NCBI GenBank assembly: GCA_022072255.1
Contig: JAJVHZ010000027.1
Coordinates: 18,660-82,659 of the forward strand
Direction: 5' to 3'
DNA length: 64,000 nucleotides
Source of the DNA: Gammaproteobacteria bacterium
GTDB taxonomy: Bacteria; Pseudomonadota; Gammaproteobacteria; JAJPIJ01
Both the position numbers and the translations under genes were made by a program. Each line of letters begins with the position of its first letter. Within the stretch, counting starts at the first letter, position 1. This document shows positions 48,237 to 57,642 of the stretch, piece after piece. A model generated the notes under the pieces. The model searched no databases and was not told where the DNA came from. It saw nothing but the letters and a program-made list of their open reading frames with translations.

Positions 48237-50215
48237 TGGTTGGAGCACAGCCGGTTCTGGATGATTCATTGTCTCAGGCGTTGGGGCCGAGGTCTGTGGT
48301 TCTCGCGTTGGCGGGTCCGTCGGCGGGGATTCATTTGTGGCCTGATGTGTTGGGACCTTTTCCAGGACGGGCTGTTGCTGAGATTGACTCGGTGTATTCA
48401 GTATATGCGGTAGCAGTGTCACCGCTTGCGCGTTTTATCGCATGGGGACATCGGAGTGGTGAAAATGGTTTTGGGGGAGGTGAGGTCTGTTATGTATCGG
48501 CCACCGAGCCTGGAATTGTTAAGACTGTCGGGCGTCATCGTGGGGGGTGTTTCTCGGTTTCCTTTTTGACTGAGGACACCCTGGTATCTGGAGGGGCGGA
48601 CGGTCATCTTCGGATCTGGGACTTGCGGTTGGGCCAGCAGGTCCGGGAAGTTTCCATTAACCGTAGGTGTGCTTTTTCGGTTTGTGCGCTCTCTCCTCGT
48701 CTCTTGGCGGTGCTGGGTGCGGATAGGAATGAAGGGGAGTTATCCCTTTGGAATGTGGGTTCCCTTTCCTTGCGTTATAAGGGGTCGCGAGTTCTTTTTC
48801 CACGAGGGTATGGATTGATTGAGCTCGTTTTTGATGAGGCAGAAATTTGTTTGTATCATCCCTGTGAGGATGGTTCGATCGCATCGTATGTGATTGATGG
48901 AAATGCTGTTCACGAGAAGTGTGTTCCGAGACATTCCAGTTTTTTCTATGCTGTTGGCTCGATCCAGGGTGCTGGTCTTGTTTCGGCTGGGTATGAAGAT
49001 TGTATGGTTCGAGTGGGGCCTCCGGGTGCTGTGGTCTATGAAATGCAGGTGCCTGGAAATCCATTGGTTTGCGTGCCGGTTCCGCCAGATTTTTTTCTTT
49101 TATTTGATCAGGATCGGAGGGGTCAAGTCTGGCGGTGGGTGAATCAGAGGTTGGAGCTGGTTCTGACACTGCCGGGATGGGGTGTGCGTGGTGTGGCGTC
49201 GATGCCAGGGAAAGCTCTGAGGCGGTGGGAACAGGAGGCAGTGGCATCCAGGAGGAAAAACTTGCTTTCCCAAGTTGATAAGGCCCAGAACGCCGGGAAC
49301 TGGGAGGAGTTGTATAACCTGTCAGTACCTCTTGCGGAGCTGGGTTTAATGGAGGATTCCTGGATGGCTCGTGCTAAAGTTGCTGATGCAAGGCAACAAT
49401 CTTTGGAATTGTTACAGGCTTTGCTGGCTCTTGAACGTCTCCTTCCTTCGGGGTCCCGTTGGCATAAGGAGGTTCATTACCGATTAGGTGATTTACTTGA
49501 AGTGTTAAACGAACCTCATGAAGCCATCGTACGGTATAGGGTTCTTCTTTCCGGGCCGGATGTACATAGAGACTTGGTGGAGAGGATTCATCGTCTGGAA
49601 GGGATTCCTGTGGCAGCTTCTGTTGGTTGCATGATTAGAAATGACCTTGCGGCAGCGGATGCTTTGGTGAGGTTTGTTCAGGTAAGTTCTCTATTGAATA
49701 GGCCGGTATGTGGTTTGTTTCCGTTGTTGGACTCGACCTTTCCTATCAATTATAGGCACCACCTTTCTTTTGAGGAGTTCTCTGGTGCGTTCTCGTTATC
49801 GTGTGATCGGGTGGGTTTGTGTGTGCGGTTGGATGGGCCATTCGAAGGGATTGAGTGCTTGGTGACTACCAGAAAGAGGGTGTGTTGGTGGCTGGTTGCA
49901 CCATCTGCAGGGACTTCTTCCAAGGTCCCTCTTGGAATGGCTGTGGTTATCGTCCTTCAAAGGAGGGAGGGAATCACGAAGTTGGCGCCTGTGGCTGTGT
50001 TGGACCCATCCCGGTGTGGGATTGATGAGGTGGAACCTACCAGGTTCAACTGTCGATTCGAGGAAATGTGGCGCTTGCTTCATGAAAGCGAGGATGTGGG
50101 TCTCTGGTTTGATTCCGTTTGTTTGAGCATTGATTCCGCCTTAGAGGATCTCCTGCGTGGGCAAGATCCTGGGCTTCCCTCCAGTCCCGTCAAGGAGTTT
50201 GAGGTCTTACCATGA
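48233..50215 (+). CDS. WD40 beta-propeller plus TPR-like protein
   Basis: GRHRGGCFSVSFLTEDTLVSGGADGHLRIWD, LVSAGYEDCMVR; helical VHYRLGDLLEVLNEPHEAIVRY. Confidence 0.75.
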   Translation: MMVGAQPVLDDSLSQALGPRSVVLALAGPSAGIHLWPDVLGPFPGRAVAEIDSVYSVYAVAVSPLARFIAWGHRSGENGFGGGEVCYVSATEPGIVKTVGRHRGGCFSVSFLTEDTLVSGGADGHLRIWDLRLGQQVREVSINRRCAFSVCALSPRLLAVLGADRNEGELSLWNVGSLSLRYKGSRVLFPRGYGLIELVFDEAEICLYHPCEDGSIASYVIDGNAVHEKCVPRHSSFFYAVGSIQGAGLVSAGYEDCMVRVGPPGAVVYEMQVPGNPLVCVPVPPDFFLLFDQDRRGQVWRWVNQRLELVLTLPGWGVRGVASMPGKALRRWEQEAVASRRKNLLSQVDKAQNAGNWEELYNLSVPLAELGLMEDSWMARAKVADARQQSLELLQALLALERLLPSGSRWHKEVHYRLGDLLEVLNEPHEAIVRYRVLLSGPDVHRDLVERIHRLEGIPVAASVGCMIRNDLAAADALVRFVQVSSLLNRPVCGLFPLLDSTFPINYRHHLSFEEFSGAFSLSCDRVGLCVRLDGPFEGIECLVTTRKRVCWWLVAPSAGTSSKVPLGMAVVIVLQRREGITKLAPVAVLDPSRCGIDEVEPTRFNCRFEEMWRLLHESEDVGLWFDSVCLSIDSALEDLLRGQDPGLPSSPVKEFEVLP

Positions 50216-52956
50216 TGGGGGGTGATTCACTCCCCGGTGATGAAACGGAGACAACGTCGCATTCCGTTTTGGATGCTGTCTGTTTTTCGCCACCTGTCCT
50301 TCTTTCCAGCCTTCCACCGTTGCAGCTGGGGACGATCTTGGGGGGGCGTTATCGTATTGATCGATTCTTGGGGCGTGGTGGTGTTGGGGCGGCCTATCAG
50401 GCCACCGATTTAAAGTGGAATGGAACTTTGGCGCTCAAAGTGGTGATCGAGGAGGGTGGGGGCCTGAGTGGGTGGCTTGCTTATGAATACTCGGTTTTTC
50501 AGCGGGTTGAACAGAATGCACATATCTTGAGGTTGTACGAGCCGGTTCTTGTCGAGCATGAGGGTTGCCCCCTTTCGCTGCTTCCGATGGAGTGGGCCGA
50601 TGGGGGGAGTTTGCGGGACTGGATTCAGAACCGTGCGTCATCTCCATTTCACCTAGAGAATGTATTGGATCTCTTCATCGAGGCTTGTAGGGGCGTCGAG
50701 TCCTTGCACAAGGTGCATGTGGCTCATCTTGATATCAAGCCCGAAAATCTCTTGCTTGTTCGAGGCCGGTTGAAGGTGGCGGACCTTGCATCGGCGCGTG
50801 TGGATGCGCCTTCCTTCATGAAAGGGTTTGAACAGCTTCCATCAAGGAGACGGGGGACTCCCGCGTACCGGAGTCCGGAGCAGTTCGTGGCCGCTCGCGA
50901 AGAAGATATCGACCATCGCTCAGACATCTATAGTTTGGGCGTGGTTCTTTATGAGCTGCTGGATGGCTCCAGGCCCTTTGACGGTGACGAGGCGGAACTG
51001 AGAGACAAGCACTTGAGTTTGCCGCCGCCAGTGATTCGGAGGGATTCCGGGGATTGGTGGCCGATTACGAGAAGGTGTTTGTCGAAGGGTGTCCTCGAGC
51101 GGTATCAGAGTGTTGAGGAATTACTTCGTGATGTGGACCGTAGAAGGCGTGGGTTGCCTGGTGCCGGTGATGTGGCCTGTAAGGTCTGCGGGCACCTCAA
51201 TCGAGATGAGCGGGCTTTGACCTGTGCGGTATGTGGAACGAATCTGGGAGAGGTTTTTCGAGAGTGTCCGAAATGTGGGACGAAAAATCGGCTGGATGTT
51301 GAGATTTGCCGTGTTTGTGGAACCTCCGTGGCGTGGTTGTTCTTTGGCCTCGATCGGATGCAGAGGATTCGTCAATCTTTTGATAGTGATCCTTGCCAGG
51401 CGGTTACGGATTTGGAGGAGATCCTCCGGCTGAAGATTCCAAGTGTCGAGAATGAAGCCTTGGATTTGTTGCGGGTTGTTCGAGGGCGGATGGAACAGAT
51501 CTCAGGGGACCTTGAGGAGGGGGAGCGTGCTTGGCGGCTTGGGAGGGTTGTGGATGCGTTGGATTCCTGGAACCGGGTCTTATCGGTTTTTCCACACCAT
51601 CGTTCCGTCTGTGAAAAGGTCCTTCAGGCGCAGGTGGTTCTTGCGGAAATTGAGTCTCTAAGGCATACCGCTGAGTCTTGCCTTGAGTCGGCGCGGTTTG
51701 GCGAGGGTCAAGAGCTATTGCGTGCCGGGCTCGCTCGTTTTCCTGGGGCTGATGAACTCCGTTCTCTTCTTGCTCAGGTTCCAGTTTGTCAGGATCGGTA
51801 CAGGAAGGCGTTTGCGGCGGCCAGGAATCACGCTTCCGCCTTGTCGCTCGCCTTGGCATTGGAGAGTCTTGAGGCAGCCCTTTCAACCTCACCAAAGAGT
51901 GAAGAAGCCCTTCTCCTGCAACACCAGATCCTGGAGAGTGTTAAAAAGGTTGAGGCTCTTTTGGATCAGGCTGCGAAGGACTTCGAAGCCGCGCTCTTTC
52001 CCAAGGCCTTCTCCTGTCTCGAACAGGTCAACAACCTTCAGAAGGATAATTCTCAGATGGATTGCCTGCGGAGCACGGGTGTAGAGAAGCAGGCGGGCTA
52101 TTCCGAGTCGTTTTCACAGGCTTCGGTGGCTTACGATGCGGGAGATCTGGAGGGTTGCCTGAAGACGGTTCAGGATGCGCTCAGTTTCTGTCCTACGTCG
52201 GAGGAGGCGTCGGGTCTTGCTCGTGAGGTTGAGGATCGTTTGGAGTCGTGCCGGGCATTGCTTGAGAGTGTTGCGGTCCATCTAAAAGCCGCTAGATTCC
52301 AAGAGGCTGCTGTCGAATTGAAAACAATCGAGTCTCAATGGGCATTTTGTCCTGGACTTGGCGATCTTAAGAAGAATGCTGACAAGACGAAATGTTCCTA
52401 TGCCGCGTGCATGGAAGCGGCTCGCAAAGCGCTGGGAAAGTGGGATCGCAATGGTTTCTTTGAAGCGGTCAGTGGAGCCCTGAGTCTTTGCCCTGACTCG
52501 GTGGAGGCCAAGGATCTGGCTAAGAGCCCGCCCCCGGTACCTCCTCCCCCGGTGGATTTGAGTTGGCTTTTTATCCTGGTTGGCTGGGGTGGCCTGATTG
52601 CCGCTGTGTGCTGGTTGGTGTACTCGCTTGTGATGTCTTTGGCTGCAGGCGTGTGGAAGGTGTGGTTGGTCACCCTGGAGGATCCTTTGCCTCTTTTGTT
52701 GTCCTTTCTTTTCTTGTCGGTCATCACGGGGATAGTGGGTTCTGTTCGGAGTTCCAACGCTCTTTTTTTCGAAAGGTTCGTCACGGCTTTCATATTGCCA
52801 TTTGCGGTCAGCGGCGTGATTGTTGGGTTCGGTGTCGGCATAATGCTATGCCAAAAGCTTCTTGAGTGGGATAACGCCAGTTCTTTCATTGGAGGACTGG
52901 TTGCAGCGAACGTGAGCGCCCTTGTACTTCTCATTGTAACTTTTCGGTCAAGGTAA
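50212..52956 (+). CDS. Hanks-type Ser/Thr protein kinase with zinc ribbons, TPR-like region and C-terminal TM anchor
   Basis: LGRGGVGAAY, ALK, HLDIKPEN, ADLA (DFG position), GTPAYRSPEQ, DIYSLG; four CxxC pairs; PPPVPPPP followed by about 4 TM segments. Confidence 0.9.
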   Translation: MMGGDSLPGDETETTSHSVLDAVCFSPPVLLSSLPPLQLGTILGGRYRIDRFLGRGGVGAAYQATDLKWNGTLALKVVIEEGGGLSGWLAYEYSVFQRVEQNAHILRLYEPVLVEHEGCPLSLLPMEWADGGSLRDWIQNRASSPFHLENVLDLFIEACRGVESLHKVHVAHLDIKPENLLLVRGRLKVADLASARVDAPSFMKGFEQLPSRRRGTPAYRSPEQFVAAREEDIDHRSDIYSLGVVLYELLDGSRPFDGDEAELRDKHLSLPPPVIRRDSGDWWPITRRCLSKGVLERYQSVEELLRDVDRRRRGLPGAGDVACKVCGHLNRDERALTCAVCGTNLGEVFRECPKCGTKNRLDVEICRVCGTSVAWLFFGLDRMQRIRQSFDSDPCQAVTDLEEILRLKIPSVENEALDLLRVVRGRMEQISGDLEEGERAWRLGRVVDALDSWNRVLSVFPHHRSVCEKVLQAQVVLAEIESLRHTAESCLESARFGEGQELLRAGLARFPGADELRSLLAQVPVCQDRYRKAFAAARNHASALSLALALESLEAALSTSPKSEEALLLQHQILESVKKVEALLDQAAKDFEAALFPKAFSCLEQVNNLQKDNSQMDCLRSTGVEKQAGYSESFSQASVAYDAGDLEGCLKTVQDALSFCPTSEEASGLAREVEDRLESCRALLESVAVHLKAARFQEAAVELKTIESQWAFCPGLGDLKKNADKTKCSYAACMEAARKALGKWDRNGFFEAVSGALSLCPDSVEAKDLAKSPPPVPPPPVDLSWLFILVGWGGLIAAVCWLVYSLVMSLAAGVWKVWLVTLEDPLPLLLSFLFLSVITGIVGSVRSSNALFFERFVTAFILPFAVSGVIVGFGVGIMLCQKLLEWDNASSFIGGLVAANVSALVLLIVTFRSR

Positions 52957-52997
52957 GGGTTCTTCCCTCCGCCGGGAAATGGTGTCTCGAAGTGTTA

Positions 52998-54662
52998 TCA
53001 GACCCGTTTGAGGTATGCCGCTATTCCTCCGATATTGTCGGCGAGGGTTTGGAGTAGTTCGGTGAGGTGGTTGGCGTATTGTTCGGGTGGGGCGTTGTGT
53101 AGGTGGCCGGGGAGGTTGTCACCGAGGCGGTCAAGGATTTTCTTGGTGAGGGTGATTTTGAGTTGGTGGTCGAGTGGGTTGATGGCTTGGGTGAGGCGGG
53201 TGGTGCGGTAGTCGTGGATGTGTTGGTGTTTGAGGTGGTTGGTGAGGGTATCGAGGATGGTGCGTAGTCCTCCGTGGGTGGGGTGGAGTGCTTCTTGGGT
53301 GGCGGCTCGGATGCCGCCTTGGTTTTGGTAGGCTTGGTCGAGTGTGGGGATGGCTTGGGTGGCGGCCTGCTCCAGGTCTGTTACTACGATGTGGTGGTGA
53401 AGGTGCCGCATGAGGTGGAGATAGAAAGCGGTGATGGTATTGTGGAATTCTTCCTCGTTTTCGGCAGTTATTTTTTCGAGGCGGTAGGTGTTTCGGGCGT
53501 GGTCGTAGTGGTTGCCGACTTCCTTGGCGAGGTTTTCGTCTGAGATTTCGAAGAGTATCTGGTTGAGGAGCCGGTCTGCATCATCCGTTCCCTGGTTTGT
53601 CTGCATCTCCTTAATGATGGGCCAGGTGCTTTCACTTATTTTTCCTGCAGCGATTTCAAAGATGTGTTTCAGGTCGTCGTGGTTTTCGTGGGTGGCCAGT
53701 TGGGCGATCCGGCTTGCTTGGTCAACACTGAGCGTTGTGGAGTTTTCCTTTTGGCGTATGAGGGGTGGCAGGGAGAGGATGAGGCTGTGCAAGTCGGCTC
53801 CGAAGTTCTTCGGGTATTGGCCGGTGTACGTTTGGTGGGTGATGAAGGCTTCCAGGGTACGGCGAGATCTTTCCGTATTGCCTTCGAGGTAGGCGTGTTC
53901 GAGGGTGTTCCAAAATCTTTTCCTGTGGTCCATCAAAATAAGGTTTACCGTTTTGTCGATGGGGGTGCCATTGGTGCTGAGGGATGCCTGGTCCTGATAG
54001 TACCCAGTCTCGAGGGCTGCGATGGCGATGTCGTCGGGGTCGATGGTGGTTTCGATGAGGTCGGCTATGTCGTGGATGGATTGAATCCTCATGTGGTTTT
54101 GGTGTTGAAATCTTTTTTCGCGGATGCGGTCGAGTTCTCGTGGTGTGAGGTTTTCGAGTGAGGGATCGGTGTCGAGTGCGGGGTGGATGAAGTGGGTGAT
54201 GCCTTGTTGGGCTGCTGCTTCGATTTTTTCCGGGAGGTGGTGGACGAGGCGGGTGTGGCCGTTGGGGTCGGCGATGTGGCCTGTGGCGACCATGTTTTGA
54301 GGGAGTGGGACTTGAGTGGCTGCGGAGAGGGCGGCGAGGAAGATGGGGAGGTCTGCCGAGAAACCGCTGATTGCAATGGGGCGGTTTTGGGTGGCGCTGA
54401 CGTTGAGGTTGGCAATACTGATTTCAAATCCGTTGACTGTGATGTTGACCTTTTTTAGGATGCGTTGGACGCATTCGAGGACTGTTTCTTCGATATGTTG
54501 TTGGATTTGAGTGTCCCATTGGGCCGGTCCTGTGATGCGAAGTCTTTCTGTGTTTCCGTCGTTGATGGCTTGGGCTGTTACTTCTGTAATGACGGCGACT
54601 GCTTGAGTACCGGTGGTTACGACAAGGGCGGCTCGAGTTTTGCCGATCGCTTTGGGGGTCAT
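52998..54662 (-). CDS. Lon/S16-type protease domain (no AAA+ module) fused to C-terminal repeated domain (D2)
   Basis: ISGFSADLPIFLA..TGHI..LPEKIEAA; Ser and Lys 44 residues apart as in the Lon dyad; ATGA overlap at 54659-54662. Confidence 0.7.
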   Translation of the reverse strand: MTPKAIGKTRAALVVTTGTQAVAVITEVTAQAINDGNTERLRITGPAQWDTQIQQHIEETVLECVQRILKKVNITVNGFEISIANLNVSATQNRPIAISGFSADLPIFLAALSAATQVPLPQNMVATGHIADPNGHTRLVHHLPEKIEAAAQQGITHFIHPALDTDPSLENLTPRELDRIREKRFQHQNHMRIQSIHDIADLIETTIDPDDIAIAALETGYYQDQASLSTNGTPIDKTVNLILMDHRKRFWNTLEHAYLEGNTERSRRTLEAFITHQTYTGQYPKNFGADLHSLILSLPPLIRQKENSTTLSVDQASRIAQLATHENHDDLKHIFEIAAGKISESTWPIIKEMQTNQGTDDADRLLNQILFEISDENLAKEVGNHYDHARNTYRLEKITAENEEEFHNTITAFYLHLMRHLHHHIVVTDLEQAATQAIPTLDQAYQNQGGIRAATQEALHPTHGGLRTILDTLTNHLKHQHIHDYRTTRLTQAINPLDHQLKITLTKKILDRLGDNLPGHLHNAPPEQYANHLTELLQTLADNIGGIAAYLKRV

Positions 54663-55309
54663 TTGTTCCACTGGAGTCGTAGGGTTCCGTTTTCGATCCC
54701 GGGAAAAACTTCGAGGAGGATCTCGCCGCCAAGTAATGGGGTGGTGGATGTGGGTTTGAGGTCGCTTGGTTGGGTTGCGGCTGCGGCGGGTAGGGGTTCA
54801 GCGGGGTGTGCCAGGCTCCAGAGGAGTTGTTCGGGTTCGAGTTTGTTGGACCAGATTTCGCGTCCGTTGGCGAAGGTGAGTGTGTACTCGCTGGGGTTTA
54901 TGCTTTGGAGGTCGTGGGGTTTTCCTGGGTGGAGTTGGATTTCCCAGTGTTGGCCTTCCGTGTTTTGGAGTGTGAGTTCGCAGGATGTGGTGTCGGGTGG
55001 TTCGGGGGATGGGATGGTTTCGCCTTGTATCATTTCGAGGAGTGCGTCGAGTTGGTCGTCGGGGATATCCTCGAATTCGCCGGTTTCGATTTTGTGGAAG
55101 ATGTTTTCGGCGAGGTCGGGCGCAAGGTCGCTGTTGGTGAGTACTTCGTGGAGGAATGTTTGGAAGTTTCGGTATCCTTCTTGGTATTCGGGTTGGTTGC
55201 GAAGGGAACAGATCTGGTCAAGGGCTTCGGCGATGGCCTTCTTGGGGTCAGGTGCGTCGTAGGCTTTGGTGAGGATGGCGAGGAAGTAGAGGTTTTGTTG
55301 GTCGGTCAT
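54659..55309 (-). CDS. hypothetical protein (helical N-domain, beta-rich C-domain); candidate partner of the HTH protein
   Basis: ATGA overlaps on both sides; C-terminal LLGGEILLEVFPGIENGTLRLQW. Confidence 0.7.
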   Translation of the reverse strand: MTDQQNLYFLAILTKAYDAPDPKKAIAEALDQICSLRNQPEYQEGYRNFQTFLHEVLTNSDLAPDLAENIFHKIETGEFEDIPDDQLDALLEMIQGETIPSPEPPDTTSCELTLQNTEGQHWEIQLHPGKPHDLQSINPSEYTLTFANGREIWSNKLEPEQLLWSLAHPAEPLPAAAATQPSDLKPTSTTPLLGGEILLEVFPGIENGTLRLQWNK

Positions 55310-56439
55310 TTTTGGTGTTCCTTGCGGGTTGGTTTGGTGGTGAGGGCTTTGATGAGGTCTTCTTGGTTGATTCCCGCTTCGTTAATGGATTCTTGGAATA
55401 AGGGGTTTTGGCTGATGACGGTGACGACGTTTTGCCATAGGTCGGGGATTCGTGGGTTTTCGCTTTCGTACCATTGGGTTCCGGCGATTTCGCTCATGGT
55501 GGCGAGTGGGATGTTGTAGGTTTCGGCGATTCGTCTGAGGTTGAATGTTCCTTCTGTGAGTTGTCGCAGACACATCTGGATTAGTGAGGGGAGTAATTCT
55601 TTTCCGAATCTTTTGAGTGTGGGGCGTAGGCGTTCGAAGTTTTCGAGTTTTTCTTCGATGACGGCGGTTTCTAGGCGGTGGTGGAGGCCGTCGATGGTGT
55701 TATAGAGTGTTTCTTGGTTGTCGCTAGTGAGGGGGAGGTTTTCGGTGTCGATGTGTTGTGGGAAGCGGAACCTGCCGTCGATTGTTTTTTGGATGGTTTT
55801 TTGGTCAAGTTGTTTTTGGCGGTTGTCTTGAGGGAAGTTTTGTTCGAGCCATTCCCTGATCTTTCTTGCGGTAATGCTTTTGGGGATTCGTAGGTTGATG
55901 GTTCCTTGGGGTGTTTTCCATTGGTATCGTCTTCCGGATGGGTCTTGGATGCGTTGGGCGTCAATGAGTGACAGGCCGTAGTGTCTCCAGACTAAACGTC
56001 CGAGAAGGGTGGCGGTGGTTTGTTCTGCTTCGATTTCTCCGAGTGGGGTGGTTTGGTTTTGTTGGTGGAAGGTGTTGAGGAATGCTTTGTAGTATTTGCG
56101 GCAGTCGACGGGGGGGCGTTTTGTGTCTTCGTGGATTTCGTACCTGGTTCCTGGGAGGGAGATGAATTTGTTGAGTGCGCGGTCGTGGGCTAGGTCGGCG
56201 GCTTCACTGTTGAGTGGTTCATTGCGTATCTGGGCTTCACGTAGTTGATTGAGATAATCCGACAGGATCAGGTTCCTCTTGCTTTTGTATTGAAAGATGC
56301 GGCGTGTGGTGAGGAAGCATTCGAGGGCGGCGGTGTCCGAGTTTTGGACGATTTGTTCGATGAGTTGGTGGGTGGGGAGTGAGCGATATTCTCTTGGGAT
56401 GAGGATGTGTATGGTTGCGGTATTGTTTGTGGTGGTCAT
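55306..56439 (-). CDS. hypothetical protein with C-terminal helix-turn-helix
   Basis: FNLRRIAETYNIPLATMSEIAG HTH-like pattern; ATGA overlaps on both sides. Confidence 0.65.
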   Translation of the reverse strand: MTTTNNTATIHILIPREYRSLPTHQLIEQIVQNSDTAALECFLTTRRIFQYKSKRNLILSDYLNQLREAQIRNEPLNSEAADLAHDRALNKFISLPGTRYEIHEDTKRPPVDCRKYYKAFLNTFHQQNQTTPLGEIEAEQTTATLLGRLVWRHYGLSLIDAQRIQDPSGRRYQWKTPQGTINLRIPKSITARKIREWLEQNFPQDNRQKQLDQKTIQKTIDGRFRFPQHIDTENLPLTSDNQETLYNTIDGLHHRLETAVIEEKLENFERLRPTLKRFGKELLPSLIQMCLRQLTEGTFNLRRIAETYNIPLATMSEIAGTQWYESENPRIPDLWQNVVTVISQNPLFQESINEAGINQEDLIKALTTKPTRKEHQK

Positions 56440-57023
56440 GTTTTTTTCTGGATGGCGTTTCGTAGTGTCATGAGGAGGCGTGGGTGTTGGGCGAGGGCGT
56501 GTGGGAAGTTGATGCGTAGGCGCATGTAGTTGTCTTCGGTGAGGTCTGGGGGGAGGATGTGTTGCCATTTTTGTCCGTATTCGATGGGGATGTCGTACTT
56601 CTTTTCGGTAAGGATTTGTCCCCAGTATTCAGTGACGCGGACGTGTATGAGGTTGTTGGCGATTTTTTCGGCCATGTGTGTGGCAAATTCTTTGAGGACG
56701 CCATAGAGTCCTCCGTTTCTTCCTGTTTGTGCTCGTAGGAATGCTTCTTTGTGGCCGTCGTGTCCGTAGATGGCGTTGAGGTTGTGGATGGCTTGTCCCC
56801 AGTTGATGGTGGGATGGACTTCAAGAGGATTCTTTAGGTCGTGGAGGTGGTTGGTCAGGTGGGCGTGGAATTGTTCCATGACGGTTTTGAATTCGTCCCA
56901 GTCGTCGACGCTTGGTTTGGTGTGGTGGAAGGTGTTGAGGGCTCGGTCTCTGAGTTGAAAGATGGCGTCATAGGTTTGTTCTGGGGAGATGGTTTCGAGG
57001 AAATCGTCGAGGTTGGTTCCCAT
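56436..57023 (-). CDS. hypothetical protein, repeated domain copy D3
   Basis: DDWDEF, GQAIHNLNAIY, GRNGGLYGVL, ILPPDL. Confidence 0.75.
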   Translation of the reverse strand: MGTNLDDFLETISPEQTYDAIFQLRDRALNTFHHTKPSVDDWDEFKTVMEQFHAHLTNHLHDLKNPLEVHPTINWGQAIHNLNAIYGHDGHKEAFLRAQTGRNGGLYGVLKEFATHMAEKIANNLIHVRVTEYWGQILTEKKYDIPIEYGQKWQHILPPDLTEDNYMRLRINFPHALAQHPRLLMTLRNAIQKKT

Positions 57024-57051
57024 GACTTCGATCTGTTTTTCGTGTTTTGTT

Positions 57052-57642
57052 TTACTGGCGGCTGAAGAGGCTGGTGGTTCGTCTTAGGGCTTCGGTGTAG
57101 CCTCGGACCAGTTCTTGGTAGTCGCTGGCGTATTTCTCTGGTTGGTCGGTACGGATGTACGGTGGCAGGTTGGGGCCGCAGGCTTGGAAGAGTTGGCGGA
57201 TGATGTTGACTTTTTCGTTCCATTCGGTGGGTTTGACGTGGGCGTCGAAGGCTTCGCGAATGTATCGTTCGACGGATTCGGTTTTAAGAGCGTCGGCGAT
57301 TCTGTCGAGGACGCCTCGGAGTCCTGAGTTGGTTCCTTCGCTGGCGTCGCGGAAGGCGGTCATGAGGTTTCCTTGGTGACGCCGGTAGACTTGTTCAAGG
57401 ATTTCCTTGGCGCGTCCGATGGCTTCGATGCGGTTGATTTGAGCACCTCGCGCCACGCAAGTTGTGTAGTGGTGGACGTAGTACTGTCCGATCATGTCAG
57501 AGAAATCGTCAAAGTCTCGGACGGTGTTCGAGCGGCAAATGAATCCCATACGTGCCTCGTCATGAGGGATTCCAACTCTCTGCGCGATCTCTCTTTCCTG
57601 AAGCGCCTTTGTCAGACTCTGAAAAGAACCCATAAGATCCAT
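57052..57642 (-). CDS. hypothetical protein, repeated domain copy D4
   Basis: RDFDDF, GRAKEILEQVY, GTNSGLRGVLD, NLPPYI, PEKYA; SD GGAGG. Confidence 0.75.
   Translation of the reverse strand: MDLMGSFQSLTKALQEREIAQRVGIPHDEARMGFICRSNTVRDFDDFSDMIGQYYVHHYTTCVARGAQINRIEAIGRAKEILEQVYRRHQGNLMTAFRDASEGTNSGLRGVLDRIADALKTESVERYIREAFDAHVKPTEWNEKVNIIRQLFQACGPNLPPYIRTDQPEKYASDYQELVRGYTEALRRTTSLFSRQ

Noticed and set aside
43822-48264. Long antisense or alternate-frame ORFs (43822-44445, 44396-45211, 45538-46272, 46796-47650, 5' part of 47298-48236)
   Set aside because: Fully overlap motif-bearing genes; no RBS or recognisable motifs
53000-57023. His-rich stretches (MRHLHHHI, TQQHTHHIT) as metal-binding tags
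   Set aside because: Explained by C/A-biased codons in the skewed region; equivalent positions in the less-skewed D4 are not His
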